Positions 26,936-36,806 of a stretch of DNA of 64,000 bases are shown in pieces. The position numbers were made by a program, and so were the translations under genes. Source of the stretch: Minisyncoccota bacterium (GTDB lineage: Bacteria; Patescibacteriota; Minisyncoccia; UBA6257; 2-01-FULL-56-20); NCBI GenBank assembly GCA_025449695.1, contig JANWIW010000036.1, positions 320 to 64,319 on the forward strand, in the 5' to 3' direction. Every line of letters begins with the position of its first letter. The stretch's first letter is position 1. The notes beneath the pieces were generated by a model that was not told the origin of the DNA, did not search any database, and saw only the letters and a list, made by a program, of their open reading frames with translations.

Positions 26936-27886
26936 TCACTGTCCCCAGACTGTAATGGGTGCTTGAGGCGTGCCGACTGTCGCGAGATACGACACATCGC
27001 CGGTTTCTCGCGCACGTTGGACGAGCCACAAATCGCACTCTCGTTCGAACCGCTCGTAGTCCGTCAAGGTTGCGATTACCCGTGGCGTCGGCTTCCTCTC
27101 GGGACAGAAACGCGCAGGGAGGGCAGTGCCGATGACGATAAGCAACGTAGCAGCGGCGACGGTCAGCGCCTTCACTACACGACGGACAACTCGCGCTCGC
27201 GCCGTGAACTGGTCAAGGAAGTGGTAGCGCATCTCGAACGCCGTCTCCGCCGCTTCCATTGCGATCCGCAGCTCTTCTTCACTCGTGATGAACCGGTTGA
27301 GGAGCGTATCGAAAGCGTTGGAGTGCCCCTCTCCTTCGCCGTCCTCGTGCAGCTCGTCGTGGAGAAAGTGTGGCCAGTAAAACTGGGACTGCTCTTGAGC
27401 GAGGCCAAAGCGAGCGAGTTGCGGGCATACATGTCGGTAGGTTTCCCCCACCAACACTTCGCCTGCGATCCGCAACGTAACGAGCGCCGCGAGATCGTAG
27501 TGCTCCTGCGGATAGCGAACGAGCTCGTACATCCTTCGGACAGTCCTCCGGGTTGTGAAACTTGCCGGAGGGTTGAGAGCGATTGCAGCCGGGATGCCGA
27601 GCTGCTGTAGGTCCTCCAGTCGGTTCTCTTGATGCGTAGGGGCGTCGGCCGGGATTTCGTCTCGAAGAATGTTGCGGATCAGCTCTCGCGCCGATTCCGA
27701 GGCGAACCCCTGATTGGTTCGCTCGTACCATTTCACGAACTCGGCCGAGAGATAGCCCAACTGCAAGAGAAATGCGGCAAACTCCTTGCGCGAGGCAGAC
27801 GGCAGGTGCAGGAAGAAGGGGTGGTCTGCAAAACGGTCGATGAGCGTGCGCTCAAAGGCCATGTAGCGACGGGCGAACTCTGACAT
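26936..27886 (-). CDS. heme-oxygenase-like fold (TenA/PqqC/CADD-type, putative diiron) protein with C-terminal TM anchor
   Basis: Acidic/His clusters spaced as in HO-like diiron enzymes (VGETYRH, HFLHDELHEDGEGEGH). C-terminal hydrophobic helix. Assignment tentative. Confidence 0.4.
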   Translation of the reverse strand: MSEFARRYMAFERTLIDRFADHPFFLHLPSASRKEFAAFLLQLGYLSAEFVKWYERTNQGFASESARELIRNILRDEIPADAPTHQENRLEDLQQLGIPAAIALNPPASFTTRRTVRRMYELVRYPQEHYDLAALVTLRIAGEVLVGETYRHVCPQLARFGLAQEQSQFYWPHFLHDELHEDGEGEGHSNAFDTLLNRFITSEEELRIAMEAAETAFEMRYHFLDQFTARARVVRRVVKALTVAAATLLIVIGTALPARFCPERKPTPRVIATLTDYERFERECDLWLVQRARETGDVSYLATVGTPQAPITVWGQ

Positions 27887-28038
27887 GATCTATCCTTTCC
27901 GGGTTTTCAACCCTGCTTTTCTGCACACATCTTACCCTAAAGTTTCTATGTTGTCAATAATTTGTATACAGCTTTGTAGTATTGTTTTTACTACACTATC
28001 CGTGTAAAAATGAGATTGTTGTAAGATTGTTTTTACAC

Positions 28039-28788
28039 ATGCTCAATCCCTCAAAACTTAAGGATTTTGGCCTCGGTGACAAAGAAGCCAGAGTTTATCT
28101 AGCGCTCTTGGAGGTTGGAGAGGCCAAAGCTCACGAGATAGCGAGTAAGGCCGGTGTAGCTCGACCGGCCGTCTACGATCTACTGAACCGACTTACCGAA
28201 GAAGGATTAGTGGGAACAATCCAAAAAAACAAAGTCGCTTACTTCGTCGCCAATAGCCCGGAGACCATACGGCGCGGGCTAGAGGAAAAGCAACGGGTAT
28301 TCGATCAACTACTGCCCGAGCTGCGATCGGCATTCAACACTACCAAGTCCAAGCCAAGAATTCTTTATTACGAGGGGGTGGAGGGCATCAAAACCGTATT
28401 TGAAGATACGTTGACCGCGCATAATAAAACACTCCTCGGCATTCTCTCAATGGAAGATCTATTTAAAACTCCGGGCAAAGAGTACATGGATGATTATGTG
28501 GCAAGGCGCGTTGCGGCCGGATACACGCTTCGCGTGATCCGCAGCAAGCCGAAAGAGGTCGGCCATGCATGGCAATCTGCCCCTGGCGAGAAGCGCGAGT
28601 TGCGTTACCCACCGGCAAGTATGGTGTTCGACATGACAACCTACATTTACGACGACAAGGTGGGCCTGATCTCAACGGAAAAAGAGAATTTTGGTTTAAT
28701 AATCGAGAGTGTGGAGTACAGTAATAATATGCGCCATCTTTTCGAGGCTTTGTGGCAGATCAGTACCGCAGATAGACCCCATCAATAA
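28039..28788 (+). CDS. TrmB-family transcriptional regulator (paralog 2 of 3)
   Basis: ARVYLALLEVGEAKAHEIASKAGVARPAVYDLLNRLTEEGLV wHTH. L-YYEGVEGIK C-domain motif shared with the other two paralogs. Confidence 0.7.
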   Translation: MLNPSKLKDFGLGDKEARVYLALLEVGEAKAHEIASKAGVARPAVYDLLNRLTEEGLVGTIQKNKVAYFVANSPETIRRGLEEKQRVFDQLLPELRSAFNTTKSKPRILYYEGVEGIKTVFEDTLTAHNKTLLGILSMEDLFKTPGKEYMDDYVARRVAAGYTLRVIRSKPKEVGHAWQSAPGEKRELRYPPASMVFDMTTYIYDDKVGLISTEKENFGLIIESVEYSNNMRHLFEALWQISTADRPHQ

Positions 28789-29525
28789 TCTGAAATGCCT
28801 TCAAATACTTTTACCGCCGGACCGGTCATATAGATCTTGCCGTCCTTCTGCTCGATTACGAGCGTTCCTCCGGGAGAAATCACCCTGACGACATTTGAGA
28901 CCAGCCCTTTAGAAAGGGCGGCAGTTGCAGCCGCGCACGCGCCGGTGCCACAGGCCAAGGTATGTCCCACCGACCGCTCCCACGTTCTTATCTCGAGGGC
29001 GTCCCTGCTTCGAACCCACACAAAATCTACATTGGTCTTGTTGGGGAATAGATCTGTCCGGTGTTCCAATGCGCGGCCTTCTTCCTGCCAGTCAAAATCA
29101 AAATTCTTTACGAAAACTACTGCATGAGGCGTCCCTATCTGCATGGCGAAGATGTCCTTATGTTCTGTTATTGCCGGAATCGCTCCCATTTCAACCCTTA
29201 CATCCTTATCCCCTATTAAAGTTGCCTTCGTTATACCTGCGCGCGTCTCAATGGCAATATCTTTCCCTGCTTTCTTAGCCACACAGCGCAACGCATTCCC
29301 GCAGGTTTCTGCCTCTGTACCGTCCGGATTGAATATCTCCATGCGGCAATTCACCCCTGTGCTGGGACCTACTATCACAAGGCCGTCCGCGCCAACACCA
29401 AATCGCCTGTTACATAGTTGCCTGGCAAGCTCGGAGGTTGCGGGTAAGCGCTTCTGATTCCCCTCGATAAGTACGAAGTCGTTACCTGCAGCCTGCCATT
29501 TCTCGAATCTCAGAGGCATGCTCAC
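28782..29525 (-). CDS. dapF: diaminopimelate epimerase
   Basis: FEKWQAAGNDFVLIEG at the N-terminus and the catalytic Cys in CGNALRC. 247 aa. Confidence 0.9.
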   Translation of the reverse strand: MSMPLRFEKWQAAGNDFVLIEGNQKRLPATSELARQLCNRRFGVGADGLVIVGPSTGVNCRMEIFNPDGTEAETCGNALRCVAKKAGKDIAIETRAGITKATLIGDKDVRVEMGAIPAITEHKDIFAMQIGTPHAVVFVKNFDFDWQEEGRALEHRTDLFPNKTNVDFVWVRSRDALEIRTWERSVGHTLACGTGACAAATAALSKGLVSNVVRVISPGGTLVIEQKDGKIYMTGPAVKVFEGISDY

Positions 29526-30487
29526 AAAGGCCGTGCCAGGAACGCATAAGCTAAGTGGCCAACTCTCTTATCTTCATTCACAAGGCTATAAGCTTCTTCG
29601 GCATTGATCTCGGCTGATCTGATGATTTCCCTTATCGTCGGTTCGTCATAGCCATCAACGGTACCAGGGACATCTATGCCGGTTCTCTCTTTAAGCAGCG
29701 CGGTGGCTTGCTCGTACTTGTAGAATGAGAATTCTATTCCGTTCTCTTTCTCGTAAATGGCGTACTGCTCCAGGAATTGGGCATCGCTCTGCATCATGAA
29801 CACGATATCCGTGCGTTCATAGGCAAGCCCTGCACGCCTAAAGCATTCCGCGATAGCACTGGTCGGCACTCTGCCACCGATCAACGTAACAAGGGAGCCT
29901 CCGGGAAGAAGTTTTTCTTTAGCCGATCGCAAAAAGCCGAGTTGCGATAAGAGAGAATACTTTTTGAGAACGTCCTCTTCGCTTTCTGCAAGGTAAGCAT
30001 ATGGCCTTGCGTCAGTAAGGGTAGTGGTCGCGAGATTTTTTTCGAGCTTGCTAGAGTCCACCATCACCAAGGGAAGATTGCCGTAAATGAAGTCAACCTT
30101 CTCAGACAAAGGGTCACAATCTCTGCCTGCTAAATAGGTGATCTTTTTTCTTTCCAAAACATCTGACGGGACATTTTTCTCAATGTTTTTTCTTATATCA
30201 GGCAGAATCTCCGGGATGATGTCTGTAATGTAAAGATTTTCTATTTCGGGAAATATATTCAGCGCCGCTATCGCGTCAATACCATTGCCACAGCCAATGA
30301 TCGCCATGGAGCGGATACTCTTCTTCTCTACGGCCAAGCGCTTCATTGCCCGGAGAGCAAGATAGAGCCAATCATCCTTAGGGTTCGCTTCCAGCCCGGA
30401 CATATCATCGGAAACGGTGATCTCACCCTTGGCATCGATATCCACGGCCGTCATGAGGGCAGAAAAATCTATCGTCGTCATGCGCAT
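29522..30487 (-). CDS. class I SAM-dependent methyltransferase
   Basis: Motif I AIIGCGNGIDAI followed by an acidic beta-2 end (YITDI). 4-nt overlap with dapF. Confidence 0.6.
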   Translation of the reverse strand: MRMTTIDFSALMTAVDIDAKGEITVSDDMSGLEANPKDDWLYLALRAMKRLAVEKKSIRSMAIIGCGNGIDAIAALNIFPEIENLYITDIIPEILPDIRKNIEKNVPSDVLERKKITYLAGRDCDPLSEKVDFIYGNLPLVMVDSSKLEKNLATTTLTDARPYAYLAESEEDVLKKYSLLSQLGFLRSAKEKLLPGGSLVTLIGGRVPTSAIAECFRRAGLAYERTDIVFMMQSDAQFLEQYAIYEKENGIEFSFYKYEQATALLKERTGIDVPGTVDGYDEPTIREIIRSAEINAEEAYSLVNEDKRVGHLAYAFLARPL

Positions 30488-30609
30488 AGTCTAATTTTTC
30501 ACGCAAATCTGTAAATTTTCTTATTACAGCGCGGCCACAATTTGACAATAAAACCAATAAAATCTATGTTTATTAGTATCTTCTGTGTAAGTAACTAACT
30601 TACGACTTT

Positions 30610-31389
30610 ATGAACAAGATTGAAGAAATCCTTAAAAACCTTGAGTTGAACGAGAACGAGCGAAAGATCTTCTTAGCTTCTCTGCGCATCGGCTTGGCCC
30701 CAATAAGCCAGGTGGCACGCGAGGCCGGCCTTGGCAGGACATATGCCTATGAGCTGGTGGAGCAGTTGAAAGAAAAAGGTCTGCTCGCTGAAACTGAGGA
30801 GAAGGGTGTGCGAAAAATAGAAACTCTCGACTATGAAGGGGTCTTGGCCTATATCGGCCGGAAGCAGCGGGATATGGAGATCGTGGCAAGAGCCCTGATA
30901 AGGTCGGAGAAGGATTTCAAGGCTGCCCGCGCGGGGGTTCCGAGCAAGACGAAGGTTCGCTTTTTTGAAGGAGTCGAAGGAATAAAGAGCATCAACTCAG
31001 AAATCAGGAAAGACCTTGAAAAGCTGCGCCATCCCTATAAGTTTCACGTTGTGTTTTCGGCAGATCGCATGGAATCTGTCCTGCCGGGATGGATAGAACA
31101 GAACCAGCACATTTATTATGAACCCCACATGCGGAAGTACGCGATTGTAAGCGGGACCCCCTTGCTTCAAAAATTCATGGAGCAGGTACGGAACCGCGAA
31201 CAAAGAAATTTCTTTTCTAAAATATGGCCGAGCAGTAAAACTGAGTTCCCCACCGACACCTTGTGCTGGTTAGATAAGTTGGCCTATCTTGATATGGAAG
31301 GTCATCCTTCGGGCATAATTATCCAAAACAAGGCTATCGCGGACACCTTCGTAATGTGGTTCGAGCAGATGTGGACCAGCTTACGCTAG
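30610..31389 (+). CDS. TrmB-family transcriptional regulator (paralog 3 of 3)
   Basis: ERKIFLASLRIGLAPISQVAREAGLGRTYAYELVEQLKEKGLL wHTH. RFFEGVEGIKS C-domain. Confidence 0.7.
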   Translation: MNKIEEILKNLELNENERKIFLASLRIGLAPISQVAREAGLGRTYAYELVEQLKEKGLLAETEEKGVRKIETLDYEGVLAYIGRKQRDMEIVARALIRSEKDFKAARAGVPSKTKVRFFEGVEGIKSINSEIRKDLEKLRHPYKFHVVFSADRMESVLPGWIEQNQHIYYEPHMRKYAIVSGTPLLQKFMEQVRNREQRNFFSKIWPSSKTEFPTDTLCWLDKLAYLDMEGHPSGIIIQNKAIADTFVMWFEQMWTSLR

Positions 31390-31396
31390 TGCCTAT

Positions 31397-31801
31397 CTAC
31401 GACCAAAGAGAGAACTTCTTGGTCAGTTCATCAAGCGTACTTTTCTCCCCAACAATGCAGATGCCATAATACTCTAGTTCCAGCTCAGGGGTATCCTTGG
31501 ATCGCTCAACTTGCTCTTCCCATCCTCCAACTGTCATGGCGCTAGTAAACGACGCGAAAGGAATGCCTTTCTCGACACAAACATTACGAAGCGCCCGTAT
31601 CTTGTTGGAGTTATCGGCCCGGAGAATGATGTAAGGCCACTTCGAGGCCATGTGCATGCCTCCATCCTTGTCTGCATAGCTTATGACGCCCATATCAACT
31701 TCTGGATGCGAGTTCACTAGGCCCACTGTCATGTGAGCTAAGGCGTTCATTATTTTACCTGTTTCAATCTTCTTATTTAGAACGGCGACGAATTTAGTCA
31801 T
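31397..31801 (-). CDS. DUF2000-like small protein (134 aa), last gene of the AT-rich operon
   Basis: MTKFVAVLNKKIETGKIMNALAHMTVGL resembles the start of DUF2000 family proteins. Recalled from memory, not verified. Confidence 0.4.
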   Translation of the reverse strand: MTKFVAVLNKKIETGKIMNALAHMTVGLVNSHPEVDMGVISYADKDGGMHMASKWPYIILRADNSNKIRALRNVCVEKGIPFASFTSAMTVGGWEEQVERSKDTPELELEYYGICIVGEKSTLDELTKKFSLWS

Positions 31802-31825
31802 GATGATGTAGGTTCTTTGAGAAGT

Positions 31826-32959
31826 TTAGGGCATAGTTGGTATGAAATCGGCATCATCGAATGGATAGTAGCGATTTACGTAAACATTGTTCACAACAAT
31901 TTTTCCTTCTGTCTGTATATACTGCAAAGATATCTTCAGTTTTTTTTCTTCGTCTGCTCCGCGCATGCTTCTCATAAAGCCCGATTCGTAAGCGGTAACT
32001 CTGTTATAGATCAACCCCTTTTCACGCTCTTGAGTTTTACGTTGGATTACCTTGAGGCCTACATCAACATTAAAGATTCCTGGAGAATCTTCGCGGATAT
32101 CGAGTATGTTAAGTCCTAGAAAATCATATCCTCCTTTTACTAATTGGTCATCGGCAGTCTCTCCGAAAAAACTCATTTGTGTTCTAGATGCGTGCGCCCA
32201 AAAGTTATCTCTGCCTGGGCTTGTGACCAAAAGAGTATTTACCTGTAGCATAATTTCTCCGATTTTCCTTTTTATCTCATCTTCAACTAATGAGTGCTTT
32301 CTTTTCAACTCAAGATTTAAAACCAATTCTTTATCCAGATATTCTTTTAATTCGGGCAGGGTGCTCAAGATAGTAAGGCTGTTCTTTGAAAAAACTGCGA
32401 ATTCTTGGCTCAATTCGTCTACTTTAAAATCTTCTGTGTTATTTGTACAAAAAATATAGTGGCTTTCTTTATTCTCCTTAACATCGGCAAGAATAGTGAG
32501 CCAAATAAGCGTATCTTTAAATCCTTTGTCTCCTTTGTTTGCGAATGGAGGTATGTGACGCAGAGATCTTTCGACTAAGTCCTTGGTAGGAATTGTCGGC
32601 AGAGGAAGCAATGCTATATCGTTAGCCTTCAAAAACTTTGTTCCCTCTTCGCGCAAAGCTTTTTCCACATCACGTTCTGAGAGTTCTATCTTGTCCTCTT
32701 TCGTAGTAAATGGCTTCAGCTTTTCAACAGCATCTTCATGTTTTGCAATCACTGCCTGTACAACATCAAATCTCTGGGCAACTCTCTCTTCCAGGACTAC
32801 CGTGGGAACTTTAACCTCTACATTGCTCTTAAGATCGTTCTCATCTAGAAATGATAAAAGATCTTCAAAAGATGTGTTGAATATCTGGTCTAGTTTCTCC
32901 TCTCTGTCACGCCACAAAAAATTAGTATCCAGTACGACATTGAATTTCTTTTTATTCAT
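31826..32959 (-). CDS. PIN-like nuclease-domain protein (DUF4935-like N-terminus) with unknown C-terminal domain
   Basis: N-terminal VVLDTNFL...E...D...D acidic tetrad pattern of PIN-like folds. 377 aa. About 35% GC. Confidence 0.5.
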   Translation of the reverse strand: MNKKKFNVVLDTNFLWRDREEKLDQIFNTSFEDLLSFLDENDLKSNVEVKVPTVVLEERVAQRFDVVQAVIAKHEDAVEKLKPFTTKEDKIELSERDVEKALREEGTKFLKANDIALLPLPTIPTKDLVERSLRHIPPFANKGDKGFKDTLIWLTILADVKENKESHYIFCTNNTEDFKVDELSQEFAVFSKNSLTILSTLPELKEYLDKELVLNLELKRKHSLVEDEIKRKIGEIMLQVNTLLVTSPGRDNFWAHASRTQMSFFGETADDQLVKGGYDFLGLNILDIREDSPGIFNVDVGLKVIQRKTQEREKGLIYNRVTAYESGFMRSMRGADEEKKLKISLQYIQTEGKIVVNNVYVNRYYPFDDADFIPTMP

Positions 32960-32976
32960 GGTTTATCTAAGGATTA

Positions 32977-33690
32977 CTATGGAGTTCGCATTGCCCCTCC
33001 TTGATGCAAATTGATGTGCATGAATCTTTCTTCCTCCACGGAAATTGTACGACTTCTAAAGACATCTTCGATAACAAAATTCTTTGTATTGAAATCTTCT
33101 TGAAATTTTTTGGCGTAGAAATTTCTCAAAATGAAACCTATAAACATATTGGGGGTAATTGGAGAGCATAGAGGAAGACGACAATCTGCATATTGAGAAA
33201 TATGAAGATGACTTCTGGGATGAGCCATATTAACAAAGCTGTGAGGCGCGTAATCAAATCTCAGGGGGACTGGTAGCTCTACCATTGCAAGCGCCGAGCT
33301 TTCACCGGAAATATCTTCATTATCAACATCCAATTCGGCTTTTGGAATATAGCAAAGCCGATGTCCAAGAAGATCATTTCCATTGAACTGGTACATCATT
33401 TGCACCAAGGCTCCATCAAAAAGCTCGAAGTTATAGTTCTTTACTTTTATCAAAGCCTTATAAGCCTCCGCATAAGGAATGCCGCCCAACAAAGGCCCCA
33501 AAGAGGACTGTCCTGCCCAGGTTATCTCAATTTGACGCCCGTTCTGGCGAGCACTTGGAAAGTTCTGATTTACAACCCATCCTTTACCAATCAAATCTTC
33601 TGTTATCTTCTTAATCTCCTTAATAACTGCGGTGGGGGTGCTAGATATCCTCATCACCAAGAAATATTTTTTTAAGTTGTTCGCGAACAT
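32977..33690 (-). CDS. hypothetical protein (237 aa) translationally coupled to the upstream helicase
   Basis: Overlaps the helicase 3' end by about 50 nt. No recognisable motif; a DUF2290-type partner is only a guess. Confidence 0.45.
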   Translation of the reverse strand: MFANNLKKYFLVMRISSTPTAVIKEIKKITEDLIGKGWVVNQNFPSARQNGRQIEITWAGQSSLGPLLGGIPYAEAYKALIKVKNYNFELFDGALVQMMYQFNGNDLLGHRLCYIPKAELDVDNEDISGESSALAMVELPVPLRFDYAPHSFVNMAHPRSHLHISQYADCRLPLCSPITPNMFIGFILRNFYAKKFQEDFNTKNFVIEDVFRSRTISVEEERFMHINLHQGGAMRTP

Positions 33691-35740
33691 CAGGATCTAT
33701 ATTTTCAAATCTAATTTTTTCCTCATTTAGGTCTTGAATCAACTTTATTAAGTTTTTGTTGCTTCGATCTATCTCTCTATGTTCGTCTGTTGTTTTCTCG
33801 CGATTAAGAACGTTAATCTTTTCCATTGCCTTAAGGGTTGGGTACGTAAAATCCAATGTAAAGTTATTGGTCTTAACTTGCTCAAACTCTTCTATTAACA
33901 TATCCATCTTTGGCCCTACTCCATAGACTCTAACCCAGGCCTTGCTACGCGTCATCGCTGTAAAAAGAATATTTCTTCGCTTTATTATATCGGACCCAAT
34001 ATAAACATATTCTGCGTTGAGAACGTAAACCATTGGGGCTTCGTTCCCTTTCACACGATGAATACCAGAAAGTGTTACAGAATTGTCTTGGTAAAATTCA
34101 TCGCGAGAACTTGTAACTCCTACTATATGAGAATTTATTTTTTTCTTAAAAAGAATTTCAGATAATGGACCTAAGGCTTGAGGAGTAATAAAAGGGTCTG
34201 CGTTAATTACCACGATATCTCTAGTTTGAAGCTCTTCCTTTCTTAAGTTTTTTATAATCTCTTCCGCAACTGATTGAATTTGCTCGGTGTTATTTTTAAA
34301 AGTCTTAAAGACTATAATATCCTCTGCCGGAGAATGTTCTTGAAGAAAGATTGGGCTCGTATCATTAGTACGCTTAAGCCTTACTTTCCTACCATATCCC
34401 AAATCACCACTTTCCACTTGATATCCAATATCTCGCCACAAGGATGGATCATCGAACATCTGGACGAGACCTTCTTGGCGATATATTCCGAAACCTAGAG
34501 CATGGGCAGTTACCAGTACGGGGGCAGAATTTCTATAGCACTTCTCAAGAATAATGTCTTCTTTCGGTTTGTTTGGCTCATTATGAAGCTCGCGCCCCAA
34601 AACTTCTTTCGTGCTGCGCATCGAGGCTTCGTTTAACTTCTGAAGTTCATCGTAAGCCCAAATCAACCTTTTCGGTTTTCTCAATATTGCATAGCAAAGC
34701 TTAAGAAAAGAATCTGAAAAATCTTGCGCTTCATCAATTAGAATAGCGTCATATGTCTCTCTGAACTCATTTTTTTGCTCTAGCGCTTTACTGCAAACTA
34801 AGTCAAATTTATCTCTTCCCCAAGAAGCTGACTCCTTTGAAGTTCGTACATCCATGAACGAAATCCCGTTGTTTACACATATTTCAAAATAGATTCCCGG
34901 AGAACTTGCGCTTCCCCAGGCATGAAGTATCTTCACTTTTTCCCAGTCAGGCTCTTCGTTTTTTTGTTCAATTGTGAACTTAGTTATCAGATCCTTGAAC
35001 TGTCCTTTCAAGGATCTGGAGCTAAATGTTACAGCTATATTCCAATCGGGATGGGTCGAATGCAAGTAAGCAGCTTTTAATGCCAGGATGATGGTTTTTC
35101 CAGAACCTGCTAATCCTCTAATCCTCTGGGGACCCTCTGCGCTCTCAATCACAGCCGCACTCTGATGTCTGTCTAAATTCGCAATTGAATTCTCTAGGTT
35201 TCTAACTTTTGCTCCGCGAGAGTCGCTTTTTACAGTTTCCGGACGCTTTATACCTGCTCTCAATTTCGTAACCGCCTGTACTACAGAAACAAGATGCCTA
35301 AATGTGGTTTCTGACACAGGAACAAGCGTCGAAGACAAAAGGTCGCGCAATCCATCATTGTTTAAAAGTATGTCGGGATCAAGATTGGCCTGGCGACAGC
35401 CAGGTGCATAAGTAACTACATTGACTTCAACCTTCAACTTCCTTTTATCAACTAATTCTTTGTACTGAAGAAGCTTAGCATTTAAGTTATTGTATATTTC
35501 ATCCCTTTTCTGTAGATGATCACTTTGAATGCTGTCTCCCTCTACCAAGTCGAATACTACAAGGCCGTATTGGTTCGAAACGAACATCGCATCTAAAACC
35601 AATGCCCCATTGGGGGTCCCTACGATTGGATAGCCGGTGTACAGTATGCCGCTCAAATCAGCAGACCTACTTCTGAAATAGTCCAACAGTAATCCCGTAG
35701 ATACAGGCTTGGTGTTCGACCCATTGATGACCTCAACCAT
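33641..35740 (-). CDS. superfamily-1 helicase (UvrD/Rep-like ATPase core) with NERD-like N-terminal domain
   Basis: Walker A GLAGSGKT, Walker B ILIDEAQD, motif VI MTRSKAWVRVYG. N-terminal YPIVGTPNGALVLDAMFVSNQYGLVVFDL resembles the NERD nuclease-related domain. Confidence 0.8.
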   Translation of the reverse strand: MVEVINGSNTKPVSTGLLLDYFRSRSADLSGILYTGYPIVGTPNGALVLDAMFVSNQYGLVVFDLVEGDSIQSDHLQKRDEIYNNLNAKLLQYKELVDKRKLKVEVNVVTYAPGCRQANLDPDILLNNDGLRDLLSSTLVPVSETTFRHLVSVVQAVTKLRAGIKRPETVKSDSRGAKVRNLENSIANLDRHQSAAVIESAEGPQRIRGLAGSGKTIILALKAAYLHSTHPDWNIAVTFSSRSLKGQFKDLITKFTIEQKNEEPDWEKVKILHAWGSASSPGIYFEICVNNGISFMDVRTSKESASWGRDKFDLVCSKALEQKNEFRETYDAILIDEAQDFSDSFLKLCYAILRKPKRLIWAYDELQKLNEASMRSTKEVLGRELHNEPNKPKEDIILEKCYRNSAPVLVTAHALGFGIYRQEGLVQMFDDPSLWRDIGYQVESGDLGYGRKVRLKRTNDTSPIFLQEHSPAEDIIVFKTFKNNTEQIQSVAEEIIKNLRKEELQTRDIVVINADPFITPQALGPLSEILFKKKINSHIVGVTSSRDEFYQDNSVTLSGIHRVKGNEAPMVYVLNAEYVYIGSDIIKRRNILFTAMTRSKAWVRVYGVGPKMDMLIEEFEQVKTNNFTLDFTYPTLKAMEKINVLNREKTTDEHREIDRSNKNLIKLIQDLNEEKIRFENIDPDVREQLKKIFLGDEDI

Positions 35741-36163
35741 TTGCTACAGTACACATCATTTATCCTCAACTTGCAAGAATCGCATTTACATGCACGGTAT
35801 CTTGAGGAAGCAGAATTCGTAGCTAAGGTTATGACCTCTAACGTTCTCCTCGGTATAAGCGCAAATACCGCGCAATACTCAAGGATTAGGCTCCTCGTGG
35901 CAGGCGCAACTTTGTTGCTTTGCCTTGAAGTCCTGTCCATTTCGCCTGCCCATTTAAGTGCTTACCAGCGAAAACATGGAAAGCGAAATTTCCTTGTAAA
36001 GCCTAGAAATGTGCTCCGTTTCGCTTTCCACTCTTTGGAAATGGGTAACGCCTCATCGCCCGCTTTTATTGGTCGTACAAGTAAGAGGTCTGTCCCATCC
36101 CGCTTAAAACTGTATAGCGAAAAAGATTACAAAACTTATTAGTAATTTAATTTTGCTATACCT

Positions 36164-36664
36164 TTAGTTTTCTTTCAGTTTCACAAGTGCCGCGTCTTTC
36201 ATGGTTGTGCTGTTCGTTTGTACCGATTGGAACAGTGTCCCAATAATAGACTTGGCATCCGCAGCATTTTGTACATTACTTTTCTGGAACAACTCCACAA
36301 TTACAGGAACAACCTCTCGGAAGTTCTCTCGGGTAATTTGGGTTGCCTTAGCAAGCAATTCGACCACTTCTGAGGTGCTATCTACATCTTTGCCAAGAAC
36401 AGAGTACAGTGGACCGAAACCCACAGCGACTTCCTCAAAGTTCAATCCTGTAAGATTTGATATATCATTTATTTTTGCCTCGGCTCGTTCCACTTCTTCG
36501 GCGGTCATCCCCGTTCTGCCTTGAAGCGTAGCTATGGCTTCTTGGCGCTGTGCCGCTCCGACAAATCCCCAGATCAAGAACGCCACCACCGCTAACAAGA
36601 TTATTCCAGTGATGATCCGGTGACGGCCAAACCAGTTCGTAGTTTTTGTATTTTCTTTATCCAT
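36164..36664 (-). CDS. membrane-anchored hypothetical protein
   Basis: Start at MDKENTKTT. One TM helix (IITGIILLAVVAFLIWGFVGAA), then a soluble domain. Confidence 0.4.
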   Translation of the reverse strand: MDKENTKTTNWFGRHRIITGIILLAVVAFLIWGFVGAAQRQEAIATLQGRTGMTAEEVERAEAKINDISNLTGLNFEEVAVGFGPLYSVLGKDVDSTSEVVELLAKATQITRENFREVVPVIVELFQKSNVQNAADAKSIIGTLFQSVQTNSTTMKDAALVKLKEN

Positions 36665-36765
36665 TATTTTATTTTGGCTTAATTTGAATCTACGGTAGCG
36701 GCGACCTTGTAGCAAAAAACCCGCCACCAGTTGGCCTTTCGGCCTGCAGGAGTTTCCCCCTGCAA

Positions 36766-36806
36766 CGCAAGACGCGTCCCTGATGACGGGATCTTTGCGT
36801 CTTGCG
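36766..36806. repeat. 41-bp hairpin in the divergent intergenic region (CGCAAGACGC ... GCGTCTTGCG)
   Basis: 10-bp perfect stem with a structured loop. It sits where GC content shifts. Candidate operator or recombination site. Confidence 0.5.

Noticed and set aside
35741-36142. 133-aa plus-strand ORF in the AT-rich intergenic region upstream of the helicase
   Set aside because: No RBS, composition typical of non-coding AT-rich DNA. It overlaps the likely promoter region and the GGAAAGCGAAA/TTTCGCTTTCC hairpin.
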